A stretch of 57,935 nt of DNA from a virus (IMGVR_UViG_3300049038_000008:1-57935), one strand, 5' to 3'; numbered from the stretch's first letter, positions 16,547-26,983 are shown. Notes: generated by a model from the sequence alone, not told the origin. Numbers and translations are program-made.

Positions 16547-16828
16547 ATGCCATTTCAAAAAGGAAACAAATTAGGCGGTGGCGTAAAAGGTAAAGCAGGC
16601 CGCAAGTCTAAAGCCGAAGAATTAGGCTTGGAAAAACTCTTGGCTGATTGCTGGACCGACAAGGACCGGCGCGTCTGCATTAAGAACTTAGCAATCCAGG
16701 CAAATCGTGGTGAGATGGAAGCGGTGAAGCTCTTAATGAGTTATGCCTATGGTAAGCCAACCGAGAAACATCAACACAGCGGTGATGAGAAATCACCGAT
16801 AGAGATACGTGTTATCTATGACAGCTAG
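16547..16828 (+). CDS. terS: Terminase small subunit (putative)
   Basis: MPFQKGNK..G..GRK N-terminus and YAYGKP motif; overlaps the large terminase. Confidence 0.7.
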   Translation: MPFQKGNKLGGGVKGKAGRKSKAEELGLEKLLADCWTDKDRRVCIKNLAIQANRGEMEAVKLLMSYAYGKPTEKHQHSGDEKSPIEIRVIYDS

Positions 16829-18107
16829 GGAATACAATGTCAGGCTTCGCACGCCGCACGCCAAGCAGGAGTTGTTTATTGAATCGTCTGCAAAGCGCAA
16901 GGTAATACGTGCAGGTCGGCGCGGCGGCAAGACCGTGGGAATAGCTATCTATGCCGTGAAGAGATTTTTGGAGGGTAAGCGGATTCTCTATGCGACCCCA
17001 ACGCAAGATCAGATTGACCGTTTCTGGTTTGAGGTGAAAAGGGCATTGGAGCAACCGTTGGAGGCTGGCGTGTATGCGAAGAACGAAACGCGCCACATCA
17101 TCGAACGTGCAGGCACAGAGAACCGCATACGAGCAAAGACCGCGTGGAATGCCGACACGCTACGCGGCGACTATGCAGACGAATTGATCTTAGACGAATG
17201 GCAGTTGATGAATGAGGATGCGTGGGAATTGGTTGGTGCGCCGATGATGCTGGATACCAACGGCAACGCGACGTTCATCTACACGCCACCGAGTCTAAGA
17301 AGTGCAGGCGTAACCAAGGCAAAAGACCCGATGCACGCAGCAAAGCTATTTAAGAAGGCTGAGAGCGATACCACGGGGCGTTGGGCAACGTTTCACTTTT
17401 CAAGCTTGGAGAATCCGAGACTAAGCCGTGAGGCGTTGGACGAAATAGCCAATGACATGACGCAATTTGCCTATGAGCAGGAAATATTAGCCTTGGACAA
17501 AGATGATAACCCACGGGCTTTATGGAAGCGTGAGCAGATTGAAAAACTAAGAGTTGCTGGCTATCCCGAATTGGAGCGTGTTGCTGTGGCTATAGACCCG
17601 ACAGGAACCAAGAAAGGTGATGAGGTGGGAATAGTTGGGGCTGGCATTGGCTTATGCAATTGCAAAGGCTCGTCTGAATTGCACGGGTTTATTCTGGATG
17701 ATTCAAGCCTGCACGGTTCGCCACACGAATGGGCGATGGCAAGCGTAGCAAGTTATAACCGATTAAAAGCCGATTGTCTTATTGCTGAGTCTAATTTTGG
17801 CGGTGAAATGGTTGAACACACCATTGGAACGATTCATGGAGCGCCACCTGTAAAACTCATTCACGCCAGCCGGGGCAAGGTAATCAGAGCTGAACCAATT
17901 TCAGCACTTTATGAAAAAGGCAAGGTTCATCACGTTGGCTACTTCGGCAAATTAGAGACTGAATTATGTATGTGGGATACCTCGCATAAGGAAAGCCCGA
18001 ATAGGTTGGATTCGCTCGTCTGGGTTATGACTGAATTGATGCTTGGTGACTTCTTTCAACCTCAAGACGAAGACAGCGACCTCGGCAAAGCACTATTAGA
18101 CAGATGA
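16809..18107 (+). CDS. terL: Terminase large subunit
   Basis: Walker A AGRRGGKT; LRG...LILDEW Walker B; nuclease motifs VAIDP, AESNFGG, SPNRLDS. Confidence 0.95.
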   Translation: MLSMTAREYNVRLRTPHAKQELFIESSAKRKVIRAGRRGGKTVGIAIYAVKRFLEGKRILYATPTQDQIDRFWFEVKRALEQPLEAGVYAKNETRHIIERAGTENRIRAKTAWNADTLRGDYADELILDEWQLMNEDAWELVGAPMMLDTNGNATFIYTPPSLRSAGVTKAKDPMHAAKLFKKAESDTTGRWATFHFSSLENPRLSREALDEIANDMTQFAYEQEILALDKDDNPRALWKREQIEKLRVAGYPELERVAVAIDPTGTKKGDEVGIVGAGIGLCNCKGSSELHGFILDDSSLHGSPHEWAMASVASYNRLKADCLIAESNFGGEMVEHTIGTIHGAPPVKLIHASRGKVIRAEPISALYEKGKVHHVGYFGKLETELCMWDTSHKESPNRLDSLVWVMTELMLGDFFQPQDEDSDLGKALLDR

Positions 18108-18313
18108 CACATACTCACCTAATCCGCGAACGCAACGGACGCCAGGAAATTGGCTGTGATGCCTGCGTGTTGCCCGTGGCAAGGGTGAATCGAAATTGTA
18201 AGGGGTTGGTGCTCGTTGTAGAATCGAAACACGGGGGTAGGGTGCATACGAAGGTTTTCACAGCGGCGGATTTGCGACGATTGGCGGATGAGTTGGAAGG
18301 TGATGAAAAATAG
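18104..18313 (+). CDS. Small CxxC/His protein (possible Com-like regulator)
   Basis: CDAC...KHGGRVH; ATGA-coupled to terL; immediately upstream of a promoter. Confidence 0.55.
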   Translation: MTHTHLIRERNGRQEIGCDACVLPVARVNRNCKGLVLVVESKHGGRVHTKVFTAADLRRLADELEGDEK

Positions 18314-18316
18314 TAT

Positions 18317-18350
18317 TTGCCAAAACACTACATCTTGTGCTATCAAAGAT
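18317..18350 (+). promoter_or_regulatory. Putative late promoter with NrdR-box-like site in the spacer
   Basis: TTGCCA(18317)-N18-TATCAA(18341) with TG extension; ACACTACATCTTGTGC at 18325-18340. Confidence 0.5.
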
Positions 18351-18433
18351 ACTGAGATACAAGAATATGAAAACTTAAAGCGATTGACCGAAAAATAAAT
18401 TGACGCGCAATGCGTCTACCTAGTGGTTCAAGT

Positions 18434-18476
18434 AACCCGATAGATTGGAGAGATAATCTCCGCTGTCGGGTTTTTT
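18434..18476 (+). terminator. Intrinsic terminator-like hairpin in the portal leader
   Basis: AACCCGATAG:CTGTCGGGTT stem with inner GGAGA:TCTCC, followed by a T run. Confidence 0.65.
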
Positions 18477-18526
18477 GCATTTTAGGAGTAGCAAAATGCA
18501 GATAACGGTTCCGGCAAATTAACAAT

Positions 18527-20059
18527 GTGGCTTCGATACTCAACCGAATGTGGACAGCAACAGTAGCAGCGACAAATACCTGGCGCGACGTTTTCGCTAA
18601 CCCGCAAGAGCCGCTGAGCGACAGCCAATCGGCGCGGCTCAGTCGCTATGCCTTGCTTTGGTCTTACTACACAAATTCGGCGTTTGAGAATCTACGCAAT
18701 TGGTCACTGTATCGGGAGAATTACAACCTCTATCGCTACACGCGAAGTATCTACAACCCGACTCAGCGGTTAGTTGATTTCTATGTTGACCACATTTATC
18801 CAGGGGTATTGAGTGAAGACGGAAGCCGGTTGCCAAGCGGGGTACAACTTGCGATTCCGCTGGCAGACGATACCTCAGACAAACTCAAGATTGCTATATC
18901 TCAACTCTGGCAATGGTCGAACTGGCAAGACGGTTGCGGGTTGATGGTGCGTTATGGCGGGGCGATTGGCAGCGTACTTGTCGAGGTGATGGATGAGGTC
19001 GAGAGAAGCAAGGTCACGGCGAATGTTGTCTATGCAGGCCACGTCAGCGAGATTGAGACAGATTCCACGGGCAATGTCCAATTCTATGCTTTGGAATATC
19101 AGGCGATTGATGACGATGAGCAAGCCTACACCTACAGGAAGGAAGTAGATCAAGAGAGTTTCAGGACGTTCAAGAATGACGCACCTTTCGGCTTCAATGG
19201 TCAGCCAGCAGAGTACGAAAACCCTTATGGATTCGTGCCAGCCGTTTGGATTAAGCATATCAATCAAGGTGGGGATTACGGGGTGCCAGCCCTTCGCGGT
19301 TCGATTGGCAAGATTGATGAGTTGAATAGTTTGGCAGCGCATTTGAATGACCATATTCATAACTTGATTAAGAATCCGATTCTCATTGGCTCATCCGGTG
19401 CGATCTCATCCCTGTTCAAAGGCAAGGCGGGGCAGGCTACCGAGGTGCAGGAATCAGACACCAACGGGCGGCAAAGTCAGATATTCCTCAAAGGTCCGGC
19501 TGATGTTGGCGTGCATAAGCTATCGGGCAATATAGATTTGGATAAGGCGCTGCCTTACCTCAAGGAACTTTTAACCGAGATTGAGCACGACTTTCCAGAA
19601 TTGACCTTTTATCAAGAACTCCGCGAGATGAGCCAGGTCACAGGACCAGCCGCCGCAAGGCTCACAGGTGATGTGGGCAATCGGGTAGTCAAAGCCGCCG
19701 CACAGTATGACCTACAGAGCATTAAGCTTTTTCAGATGATGACGGCGATTGCGGGTTGGCGGCTGAGTACAGGCGCGTGGGCAATGGTGAGCCGTCAGCA
19801 AGAGAAGTTCAGACCGTTTGACCTGACTTCGTATGCAAAGGGCGACTTGGATTTTGCCATAGTGCCGAGGCAACTCATCACCCTAACTGAGACTGAGGCC
19901 ATTGCCAATGATAAGGCGCGGGCTGAAGCTGTGAATTTGAAGGCGGATAAGATTTCAGATAACCAGTGGTTCAGAGAGATGGGCTACAGCGAAGAGGATA
20001 TGCAGTTGATTCAATCTGAGAAGGCAAGTTTGGATGTTGTGCCGTTGGAGGTTCAATGA
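18527..20059 (+). CDS. Portal protein
   Basis: 510 aa, directly after terminase; YENPYGFVP motif typical of SPP1-like portals. Confidence 0.85.
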   Translation: MASILNRMWTATVAATNTWRDVFANPQEPLSDSQSARLSRYALLWSYYTNSAFENLRNWSLYRENYNLYRYTRSIYNPTQRLVDFYVDHIYPGVLSEDGSRLPSGVQLAIPLADDTSDKLKIAISQLWQWSNWQDGCGLMVRYGGAIGSVLVEVMDEVERSKVTANVVYAGHVSEIETDSTGNVQFYALEYQAIDDDEQAYTYRKEVDQESFRTFKNDAPFGFNGQPAEYENPYGFVPAVWIKHINQGGDYGVPALRGSIGKIDELNSLAAHLNDHIHNLIKNPILIGSSGAISSLFKGKAGQATEVQESDTNGRQSQIFLKGPADVGVHKLSGNIDLDKALPYLKELLTEIEHDFPELTFYQELREMSQVTGPAAARLTGDVGNRVVKAAAQYDLQSIKLFQMMTAIAGWRLSTGAWAMVSRQQEKFRPFDLTSYAKGDLDFAIVPRQLITLTETEAIANDKARAEAVNLKADKISDNQWFREMGYSEEDMQLIQSEKASLDVVPLEVQ

Positions 20060-20205
20060 AGAGAGGCAAGGCGATTGTTCTACCCGACGCTGAATCCGAC
20101 GAAGCCGCCTCACCACAGGCAAGCGACATTGAACGCGGCAAAGAGATTGTGGGTACAGCATCACCGCTGCTTAGTGCGATTTTAGACAGCGACCCGGAAG
20201 ATTAA
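20056..20205 (+). CDS. Small hypothetical protein, 49 aa
   Basis: Manual translation MKRGKAIVLPDAESDEAA...; GGAGG RBS; ATGA overlap. Confidence 0.55.
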   Translation: MKRGKAIVLPDAESDEAASPQASDIERGKEIVGTASPLLSAILDSDPED

Positions 20206-20209
20206 GACT

Positions 20210-20830
20210 ATGGCAACCGCAAAACCTGCAATTCAGAAGTTTGTTTTTGATGAACGCACCCTGCGCTATAAGACCACGGGTGGCAGGCTGATTGATGAAT
20301 CCGTTATCCGTGCAGAGTTTGAAAAGGTTCGACAAGAGGGGATTAGGCGAGCCTTAGAACTTGGTAAGCGTTTGCAATCAGGCAGCATTAACACGGCGCA
20401 ATTTCAAATAGAGATGCGTGACCTGATTAAGAGTCTACATTCTGTTGCGGGTGCTACAGCACGGGGTGGATGGAATCAAATGAGCCTAAGCGATTGGGGC
20501 AAGGTTGGCAGTCTAACGCGAGAACAGTATGAGTTCTTAAATCGCCTTGGTTTGCAGATTGAGCAAGGACTTCCCCTTGACGGCAGATTCTTAGATCGGG
20601 TGGTGCGATATGCAAAGGCGTCACGCGGCACTTTCGAGAATTTCAAAGCCTTGATGCAGAAGCGAATCGGCAAAACCCGTGCGGTTCGCGTCACTCACGC
20701 AAAGGAAAGTTGCGCAGGCTGTTTAAGTATTGCGGGTGTCGAGATGGATATTGACGAGTTGTTGAAAGAGCACCCGATAGGCAGTAAGGAATGTCAGGTT
20801 AACTGCCTTTGCACCATAAACATTTTATAG
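20210..20830 (+). CDS. Minor head/head morphogenesis protein (Mu gpF/SPP1 gp7-like)
   Basis: C-terminal ESCAGC...PIG..ECQVNCLC; position after the portal. Confidence 0.7.
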   Translation: MATAKPAIQKFVFDERTLRYKTTGGRLIDESVIRAEFEKVRQEGIRRALELGKRLQSGSINTAQFQIEMRDLIKSLHSVAGATARGGWNQMSLSDWGKVGSLTREQYEFLNRLGLQIEQGLPLDGRFLDRVVRYAKASRGTFENFKALMQKRIGKTRAVRVTHAKESCAGCLSIAGVEMDIDELLKEHPIGSKECQVNCLCTINIL

Positions 20831-20861
20831 GCGGAATTATTTTTATATTTTAGGAGAATTT

Positions 20862-21440
20862 ATGGCAGACGAAACCAAACCAAACCCAGAAAAAACATCG
20901 GACGGCGATGGGAAAAACACGGCTGGTGGTGGTGAGGGTGCGGCTACTCAGACCGCGAAAACTGAGGAAGCAAAGACACTCACTCAAGAGGAAGTAAATA
21001 AACTCATAGCCAAAACCAAACGCGAAGCGGAAGAAAAGCACAAGCGCGAATCGGAAGAGGCTAAGAGAAAGCAGGATGAGGAAGAGGCCAAAAAGAAAGG
21101 TGAGTTTGAGACACTTGCCAAGACTTATGAAGGCGAAAGAGATGCGGCAAAGGCCGAACGCGATGAATACAAAAGCAAGTATGAGAAACTTGCTGAAAGT
21201 GTTAGAGCGTCGGCCAAAGCGGAGATTGATGCTTTACCAGAGCACATACGCACTCTAGCGCCATCTTCTGATGACCTAGACCTTCTCCTTGAGTGGCTAC
21301 CAAAGGCAAAACAAGCGGTAGGCAAGCAAAGTCCACCTCCACCCGGCAACCAGATAAACCCAAAGCCCGTAGCATCAGGCAGCGGCAAAGAGGAAGCCGA
21401 CGCGAGAAAAGGCCAAGCTCGAATCTACCAAAGTTTATAA
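20862..21440 (+). CDS. Capsid scaffolding protein
   Basis: KTLTQEEVNKLI motif; charged coiled coil; KKGEFETL; Pro-rich C-terminus. Confidence 0.85.
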   Translation: MADETKPNPEKTSDGDGKNTAGGGEGAATQTAKTEEAKTLTQEEVNKLIAKTKREAEEKHKRESEEAKRKQDEEEAKKKGEFETLAKTYEGERDAAKAERDEYKSKYEKLAESVRASAKAEIDALPEHIRTLAPSSDDLDLLLEWLPKAKQAVGKQSPPPPGNQINPKPVASGSGKEEADARKGQARIYQSL

Positions 21441-21449
21441 GGAGATGAG

Positions 21450-21860
21450 ATGGCAGACATAGCATTGTTGACAGCCGATAGAGTTGAGGTTGTCGAAATG
21501 TTCGAACAGTTTCCCGGTGTCGCTGCTGAGGCGATTGAAGCGGGTGCTCCTGTTCGTTTCGACACGTCTAGCGGCAAAGTAACAAATGCCAACGGAACGA
21601 CAGCGCCAGAGGCCCGTATATACGGCATTTCTCTGAAAAGCGTCCCCGCTGGCATGGCTGTTACGGTAATGGTTCGCGGCATCCTTGATGGTTTTGCGCT
21701 GTCAGGAATGGCTTATGATGCGCCGGTTTATCTGTCTGATACAGATGGCAGATTAGCAGATGCAGCGGGTACGGTTTCAACCGTTGTTGGTCGTGTTGTA
21801 CCTGGACACGCAACCACGCTCGGCACAGCAGCCGACAAACTCTTAAAGGTTAATTTATAA
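21450..21860 (+). CDS. Capsid decoration/cement protein
   Basis: AAEAIEAGAPV...YGI...VYLSDTDG pattern; between scaffold and major capsid protein. Confidence 0.75.
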   Translation: MADIALLTADRVEVVEMFEQFPGVAAEAIEAGAPVRFDTSSGKVTNANGTTAPEARIYGISLKSVPAGMAVTVMVRGILDGFALSGMAYDAPVYLSDTDGRLADAAGTVSTVVGRVVPGHATTLGTAADKLLKVNL

Positions 21861-21880
21861 GGAAGGAGGTCAAATAGAAA

Positions 21881-22951
21881 ATGGCAAACCAAGTATTGTA
21901 TGGATTCTACAATCTCCGTGACCTTCTTTCACAGCGGGTCACTGACAGTTTAATTCCGCAGGTCAACGCCGCGATTGACGCAACATTGGCAGAACATAAT
22001 CGGCAGATGGCAACACTGCTTAGTCTGTTTGTTCAAAACACCACAGAGTACAAAATCCGTTATCGTTCAGCAGCGGCAAAGCGGTTGCAGCCCTTGGATG
22101 AGACAGGGCGTGCGCGTCCGACAAAACGGGCTGGCTACTATGAAGTTGCGTTCCCGATTCAAGATGCCGGTGATGCGTTCGGGCAGGATTATGTCACTCG
22201 AACCAAGATGACCGTTCAAGAGGTCAATGATTGGCTGAGTGAAACCCTTATTGCTGATCGGCGCTGGATGCGTGACCACATCCTGTCTGCCCTCTTCACC
22301 AATGTCACATGGACATTTCCCGACCAACAGTATGGTGACTTGACCATTCAGCCATTGGCGAACAATGACGGGGTTACTTATCTGGTGCAGGCGGGTGCTG
22401 ACGCTGGCGCACAGGCCACTCATCACATCGGGCAGGCAGCGGCTATCGCAGACGCAACTAATCCCTACCCGACACTCAAGGATTTGTTAATGAACAAACC
22501 TGAGAATGGCGGTCAGGTGATTGCTCTATTGCCCACAGGATTACGAGCCACAACCGAAGCCCTGGCGACATTCAAAGAGGCGCTTGACCCGAACATTCAA
22601 CCCGCAAGCACGGCAAGTACGCTTGTCGGTTCGCTGAATGTGCCGGTCCCTGGAACGGTGATTGGCTATGAAACTTCAGGTGTTTGGTTGGTTGAATGGC
22701 CGTCAATGCCTGCGAATTACATCATCGCTGTAGCGACAGAAGGACCGCGACCCTTAGCAATGCGTGAGCATCCAGAGGCCGAATTGCAAGGGTTCAGGCG
22801 AGTTGCCGAGCGTAATGATTACCCCTGGTACGAGGCTCAATATGTGCGTCGTGCAGGCTTCGGCGCGTGGAATCGCGTTGGTGCGGCTGTCATTGAAATC
22901 TCCGATGCTTCTTATGACATCCCGACCAACTACGCGGCACCGATGCCCTAA
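21881..22951 (+). CDS. Major capsid protein
   Basis: 356 aa; strong GGAGG RBS; position in the head module. Confidence 0.85.
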   Translation: MANQVLYGFYNLRDLLSQRVTDSLIPQVNAAIDATLAEHNRQMATLLSLFVQNTTEYKIRYRSAAAKRLQPLDETGRARPTKRAGYYEVAFPIQDAGDAFGQDYVTRTKMTVQEVNDWLSETLIADRRWMRDHILSALFTNVTWTFPDQQYGDLTIQPLANNDGVTYLVQAGADAGAQATHHIGQAAAIADATNPYPTLKDLLMNKPENGGQVIALLPTGLRATTEALATFKEALDPNIQPASTASTLVGSLNVPVPGTVIGYETSGVWLVEWPSMPANYIIAVATEGPRPLAMREHPEAELQGFRRVAERNDYPWYEAQYVRRAGFGAWNRVGAAVIEISDASYDIPTNYAAPMP

Positions 22952-22961
22952 TTGAAAGGAG

Positions 22962-23243
22962 ATGGGGAGGCTAATAACTTCCCCGTCAATCTCTATGGCA
23001 AGTGTAAGAGCAATCGCAATACGCAAACAGAACGCAATCGAGAGGCTGAAACAAGCCAGTGAAGAATTGGCCTTGCGTGTCGGTATTGACCCGCCCACGG
23101 TGGGTAAGCGACAGCAAGACCCTGAGTTGGCCCGTGTGCAAGACCTTGAAGCGGTTGCGGATTTCCTGGAAGCGTATGCAAGGCAATCGAAACCGAAAAA
23201 AGCCAAGAAGGAGGCAGTAACCGATGGCGAAAAAGAAAGTTGA
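22962..23243 (+). CDS. Hypothetical virion-associated protein
   Basis: AAGGAG RBS; position after the major capsid gene. Confidence 0.6.
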   Translation: MGRLITSPSISMASVRAIAIRKQNAIERLKQASEELALRVGIDPPTVGKRQQDPELARVQDLEAVADFLEAYARQSKPKKAKKEAVTDGEKES

Positions 23244-23370
23244 TAAGGGTGAAGAGGTCGTGATTGATGACCATAACCGCAACACGGAAGCCGATACCGA
23301 ACAAGCCGAGCCACTTGTTGATGGTGCAGGTAATCCTGTCATTGGTGGCGTATCAGTAGAGAAGGAGTAA
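23224..23370 (+). CDS. Small acidic protein, 48 aa
   Basis: Manual translation MAKKKVDKGEEVVIDD...; GGAGG RBS. Confidence 0.5.
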   Translation: MAKKKVDKGEEVVIDDHNRNTEADTEQAEPLVDGAGNPVIGGVSVEKE

Positions 23371-23376
23371 CCCTCT

Positions 23377-23808
23377 ATGACCCGCTCCGACGCAATAGCC
23401 GAACTACAGAAGTTTACGAAGCTTGCTACGGTTGCCCAATGCGACACGGGCGATTCTCGCGCTGGTTTTGGTTCGGCTATTGATTCGGCACTAAGGGAGA
23501 TGGGAACGGATGAAGGGGATTTGGCAACCGCAGAGGTTGCGGCGTCAGATGTGCCAGCATTCTTAGCTCTTTGTGATTACTACGCATTGAAGATGCTCAA
23601 GGTTTATCTAGCTTCTGACGCCGTGGATTATTCGGTAACGGCGAATGATGGTACGGTGAACGAGAAGCGTAGTCAGACCATAACAGCGGTTAATGCCCTG
23701 TTAGCCGACGCCAAAGAAGAGGTCAGGCGATTGGGCTACCTTGATTCTGATTTTGAGATTGTTTCATTCAACACTAATTGGATTGAACCAACGAGTGCGG
23801 AAATATGA
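23377..23808 (+). CDS. Head-tail adaptor (putative)
   Basis: Size, helical composition and position after the capsid genes. Confidence 0.6.
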   Translation: MTRSDAIAELQKFTKLATVAQCDTGDSRAGFGSAIDSALREMGTDEGDLATAEVAASDVPAFLALCDYYALKMLKVYLASDAVDYSVTANDGTVNEKRSQTITAVNALLADAKEEVRRLGYLDSDFEIVSFNTNWIEPTSAEI

Positions 23809-24182
23809 ATCTATCGGCTGACAGGCTAGCTAGGGCGCGTGAGGTGTTTGCTGCAAATGTCTTTGTGGACACGCTTGATATTATTCAGCCAGCAGGCCGA
23901 ACGATTGCCGATAGAGGCAATGCGCCGACTACATCAACAACCTTTGCCGCTGATGTTCCTTGTCGTGTTGGTACGACTCAGCAAGCAGCGAGTGAGGGCG
24001 AAGTCGCAGGTCAGATAAAGTCAAGGGTTAGGGGTTCTGTTTATATCCCGTATGATTCGGCACTTCCCAACGCGGGAATGTGGGTAGTGATTACAAGCCA
24101 GAATAACCGACGTGGGGAGATAGTAGGCGTAAGGCCGGTTTCAAATATGTTGGGATTATTACTTGAGGTGCTGTTTTTATAA
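23805..24182 (+). CDS. Head closure/stopper protein (putative)
   Basis: DVPCRV...VYIPYD pattern; beta-rich; position. Confidence 0.65.
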   Translation: MNLSADRLARAREVFAANVFVDTLDIIQPAGRTIADRGNAPTTSTTFAADVPCRVGTTQQAASEGEVAGQIKSRVRGSVYIPYDSALPNAGMWVVITSQNNRRGEIVGVRPVSNMLGLLLEVLFL

Positions 24183-24592
24183 TGAAGGTAAAGCTTAAAA
24201 ATATCATTGAAGGCATACAGGCATTAAGCGACCTTTCAGCGCAAAAATTCCCCATTAAGGTCAGCTATAAAATCGGTCGTATCCTGAACGATTGTCAGCG
24301 AGAATTGAAACACTATGAAGCCTCAAGAATTGCTCTAGTGAATTCGCTCGGTGAAGTAGTGGGTAAAGATGCGATGGGCGAACCGCAATACGCGGTGATG
24401 AAACCGGAAGCTTTGAAAGAGTTTCAGAAGCAATACTCTGAACTGGTTGAAATCGAGACTACCCTTTGGGGTGATAAGTTGAAACTTGATGACCTTGGCG
24501 ACAAGGAGATTGAACCGGCAATTATAGCAGCCTTGGATTGGCTCTTTGTGGATTTTGAAGAGGAAGACAAGGCGGCAACAGCGACGGCATAA
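24182..24592 (+). CDS. DUF1617-like phage protein
   Basis: ALSDLS..KFPIKVSYKIGRIL...YEASRIALV pattern. Confidence 0.6.
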   Translation: MKVKLKNIIEGIQALSDLSAQKFPIKVSYKIGRILNDCQRELKHYEASRIALVNSLGEVVGKDAMGEPQYAVMKPEALKEFQKQYSELVEIETTLWGDKLKLDDLGDKEIEPAIIAALDWLFVDFEEEDKAATATA

Positions 24593-24598
24593 AAGACT

Positions 24599-26977
24599 AT
24601 GGACTACTGCGAAATCACAGGCACGGTCAATGCAATCTTATCGGGCGGCTCGGTAAGTGGCGGATATTTGAATGTCCATCGCGTGAGCAAGGCTGGTGAG
24701 TTGATACCTGTGATTATGGCACCCGTGAGAGTTGTAGGTAGCACGATTACTTTTTCCGTGCCGCGTGATTCCGTGATTTATACATCGGGCAATATTGAGG
24801 GGTTCTGGAAGGATTCAAACGGCAAGCTGTACAACGCCAGCAACCCCAAAGCCTTGACGGTTCCCAATACTGCTAATGCCAACCTTGCCGACCTTGTTTC
24901 AATCTCCGTGGTGCCTGATGAAGGCGTGACGGTCAGAGATAACAACACGGCTCACGGCTTACCAATTGGCGATTTTGATTTTGTCGGGTTCACCGTTACC
25001 TATCCATCGGCTGGCAGGGTAAGAATTACTGATACTGGTGGTGTTGGCGCAAGCGCATTGGCAGACCTCACAGACGTTTCTTTAACCTCTCTTGCGGCAA
25101 ACGACTTCTTGAAATGGAATGGCACAGACTGGATTAACCGGACAATTGCACAGGTCAAATCTGACCTCTCTTTGAACCTTGTCGAGAATGCCGCAGCAAG
25201 TGGCCTATATCAGACATTAGCCAATAAAGCCACGGACTTTTCAACCGTCAACAATACGCTTTACCCGACTGTGGCAGCCGTGAAAACCTACGCAGACACG
25301 GCTATAGCGAATCTGGTTGATTCGTCGCCTTCCACACTTGATACGTTGAATGAGTTAGCGGCGGCTCTTGGTAATGACCCGAATTTTGCAACCACAGTAA
25401 CAACATCTATCGCAACCAAACTTGCCAAAGCCAGTAACCTCTCTGACCTGACGGATGCAGCGACGGCAAGAACAAACTTAGGATTGGCGATTGGCTCCAA
25501 CGTCCAAGCTTATAGTGCTGACCTGACCGCCATTGCTGGCCTTTCCTTGACCAATGACGACATTTTACAGCGTAAGGCAGGTGCTTGGACTAATCGAACC
25601 TTAGCGCAGCTTAAAAGCGATTTGAGCCTAAACTTGGTTGAGAATACCGCACTCTCCACATGGGCAGGGAGTGCGAATCTGACCACGCTTGGAACGATTG
25701 CCACGGGCTCCTGGAATGCTACAGCGATTGCGTGGGCGAAAGTTGACAAGACAGGTTCAAGTTTGGCTGATCTTGCAACGCGGAGTGCAGGGGATTTGAA
25801 CAGCGGCACGCTTCCGTTGGCTCGTCTGTCAGGCATCACGAACACGGAGATTTCAAATAGTGCTGCCATTGCATACTCAAAGTTGAATCTGACGGGCGCG
25901 ATCTTAAATGCCGATCTCGCAGGTAGCATCGCCTTGTCGAAACTCTCCATCACCGGCACGCCGGATGGAACGAAGTTTCTTCGTGATGATGGGGTGTGGG
26001 CGGCGGCTGGTGGGGGTGGTGGTACGCCGGGCGGTTCTGATACGCAAATTCAATTCAATGATGGTGGGAGTTTCGGTGGAGATTCGGGGTTGGTCTTTAA
26101 CAAGACGACAAATGCGCTTATTCACACGAGCAATAGTGCAACGGCGTTTGAGAGTGGACCAAATGGAAGCACAAACCCCGTTTTCCGATTGGTCAACAAT
26201 ACGGCAAGCCAGGCCACGGGACTTAGCATCACGGGCGGCACAGCAACCACGGTTCTTGGCGCCATTAGTTCGGGCAGCGATGCAAATATTCAATTAACCC
26301 CGAAAGGCAATGGTTTTGTGCAGGTCAATCGTGGAGGTTCGGCTGGTAGCCCTACGTTCTATCCGGCAAACGTAGGTAGTGGGTTCTTTTCTCCTGGTGG
26401 CTCAACTATCGGCTTTTCTTTCGGTGGTACGGAGTCTTGGCGCTGGCAAGATGCGGATACGATGTTGGTGCTGTCGAATAGTGGGAAAATTAGTTACGGC
26501 TCAAGTTTAGACATCACCCTTGCGCGTGCCGCCGCTGCATCGTTCAAAGCCTATGGTACGGATGCCGTCACCAACGCAATAACTAATAGTCTGATTCTTG
26601 GTCACAACAGTAGCGGCACACCAGCGGCGGGGTTTGGCTCTGGATTGAAGTTTCAACTTGAGAGTAGCACCACGGAAGACCAAGATGCAGGGCAGATTGC
26701 CGCAGAATGGGAAGTGTCAACTCATGCGTCAAGAACGTCTAATCTTGTATTTAAGACGGTAAACAATGCCGCTGCCTTAGCCGAAGCGTTTAGACTCAAG
26801 GGCGACCTCTCAGCGGTCTTTGCGGGTATCCCCAGATTCAACGGAACGAACAGCACGGGTGCAGGGTCAGCCCTGCTTGGGAGCAACTCGCCAGCTAGTA
26901 CGTTATCCGCGCCATATACGTGGATTTCCGTAGTGACGAGTGATGGTTCCAGCGGTTTTGTGCCAGTCTGGAAATGA
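24599..26977 (+). CDS. Fibre protein (mosaic, tail-fibre-like)
   Basis: LVDSSPSTLDTLNELAAALGNDPNFATT, NLSDLTDAATARTNLGL and PGGSDTQIQFNDGG fibre motifs; internal duplication. Confidence 0.8.
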   Translation: MDYCEITGTVNAILSGGSVSGGYLNVHRVSKAGELIPVIMAPVRVVGSTITFSVPRDSVIYTSGNIEGFWKDSNGKLYNASNPKALTVPNTANANLADLVSISVVPDEGVTVRDNNTAHGLPIGDFDFVGFTVTYPSAGRVRITDTGGVGASALADLTDVSLTSLAANDFLKWNGTDWINRTIAQVKSDLSLNLVENAAASGLYQTLANKATDFSTVNNTLYPTVAAVKTYADTAIANLVDSSPSTLDTLNELAAALGNDPNFATTVTTSIATKLAKASNLSDLTDAATARTNLGLAIGSNVQAYSADLTAIAGLSLTNDDILQRKAGAWTNRTLAQLKSDLSLNLVENTALSTWAGSANLTTLGTIATGSWNATAIAWAKVDKTGSSLADLATRSAGDLNSGTLPLARLSGITNTEISNSAAIAYSKLNLTGAILNADLAGSIALSKLSITGTPDGTKFLRDDGVWAAAGGGGGTPGGSDTQIQFNDGGSFGGDSGLVFNKTTNALIHTSNSATAFESGPNGSTNPVFRLVNNTASQATGLSITGGTATTVLGAISSGSDANIQLTPKGNGFVQVNRGGSAGSPTFYPANVGSGFFSPGGSTIGFSFGGTESWRWQDADTMLVLSNSGKISYGSSLDITLARAAAASFKAYGTDAVTNAITNSLILGHNSSGTPAAGFGSGLKFQLESSTTEDQDAGQIAAEWEVSTHASRTSNLVFKTVNNAAALAEAFRLKGDLSAVFAGIPRFNGTNSTGAGSALLGSNSPASTLSAPYTWISVVTSDGSSGFVPVWK

Positions 26978-26983
26978 TGTTCT

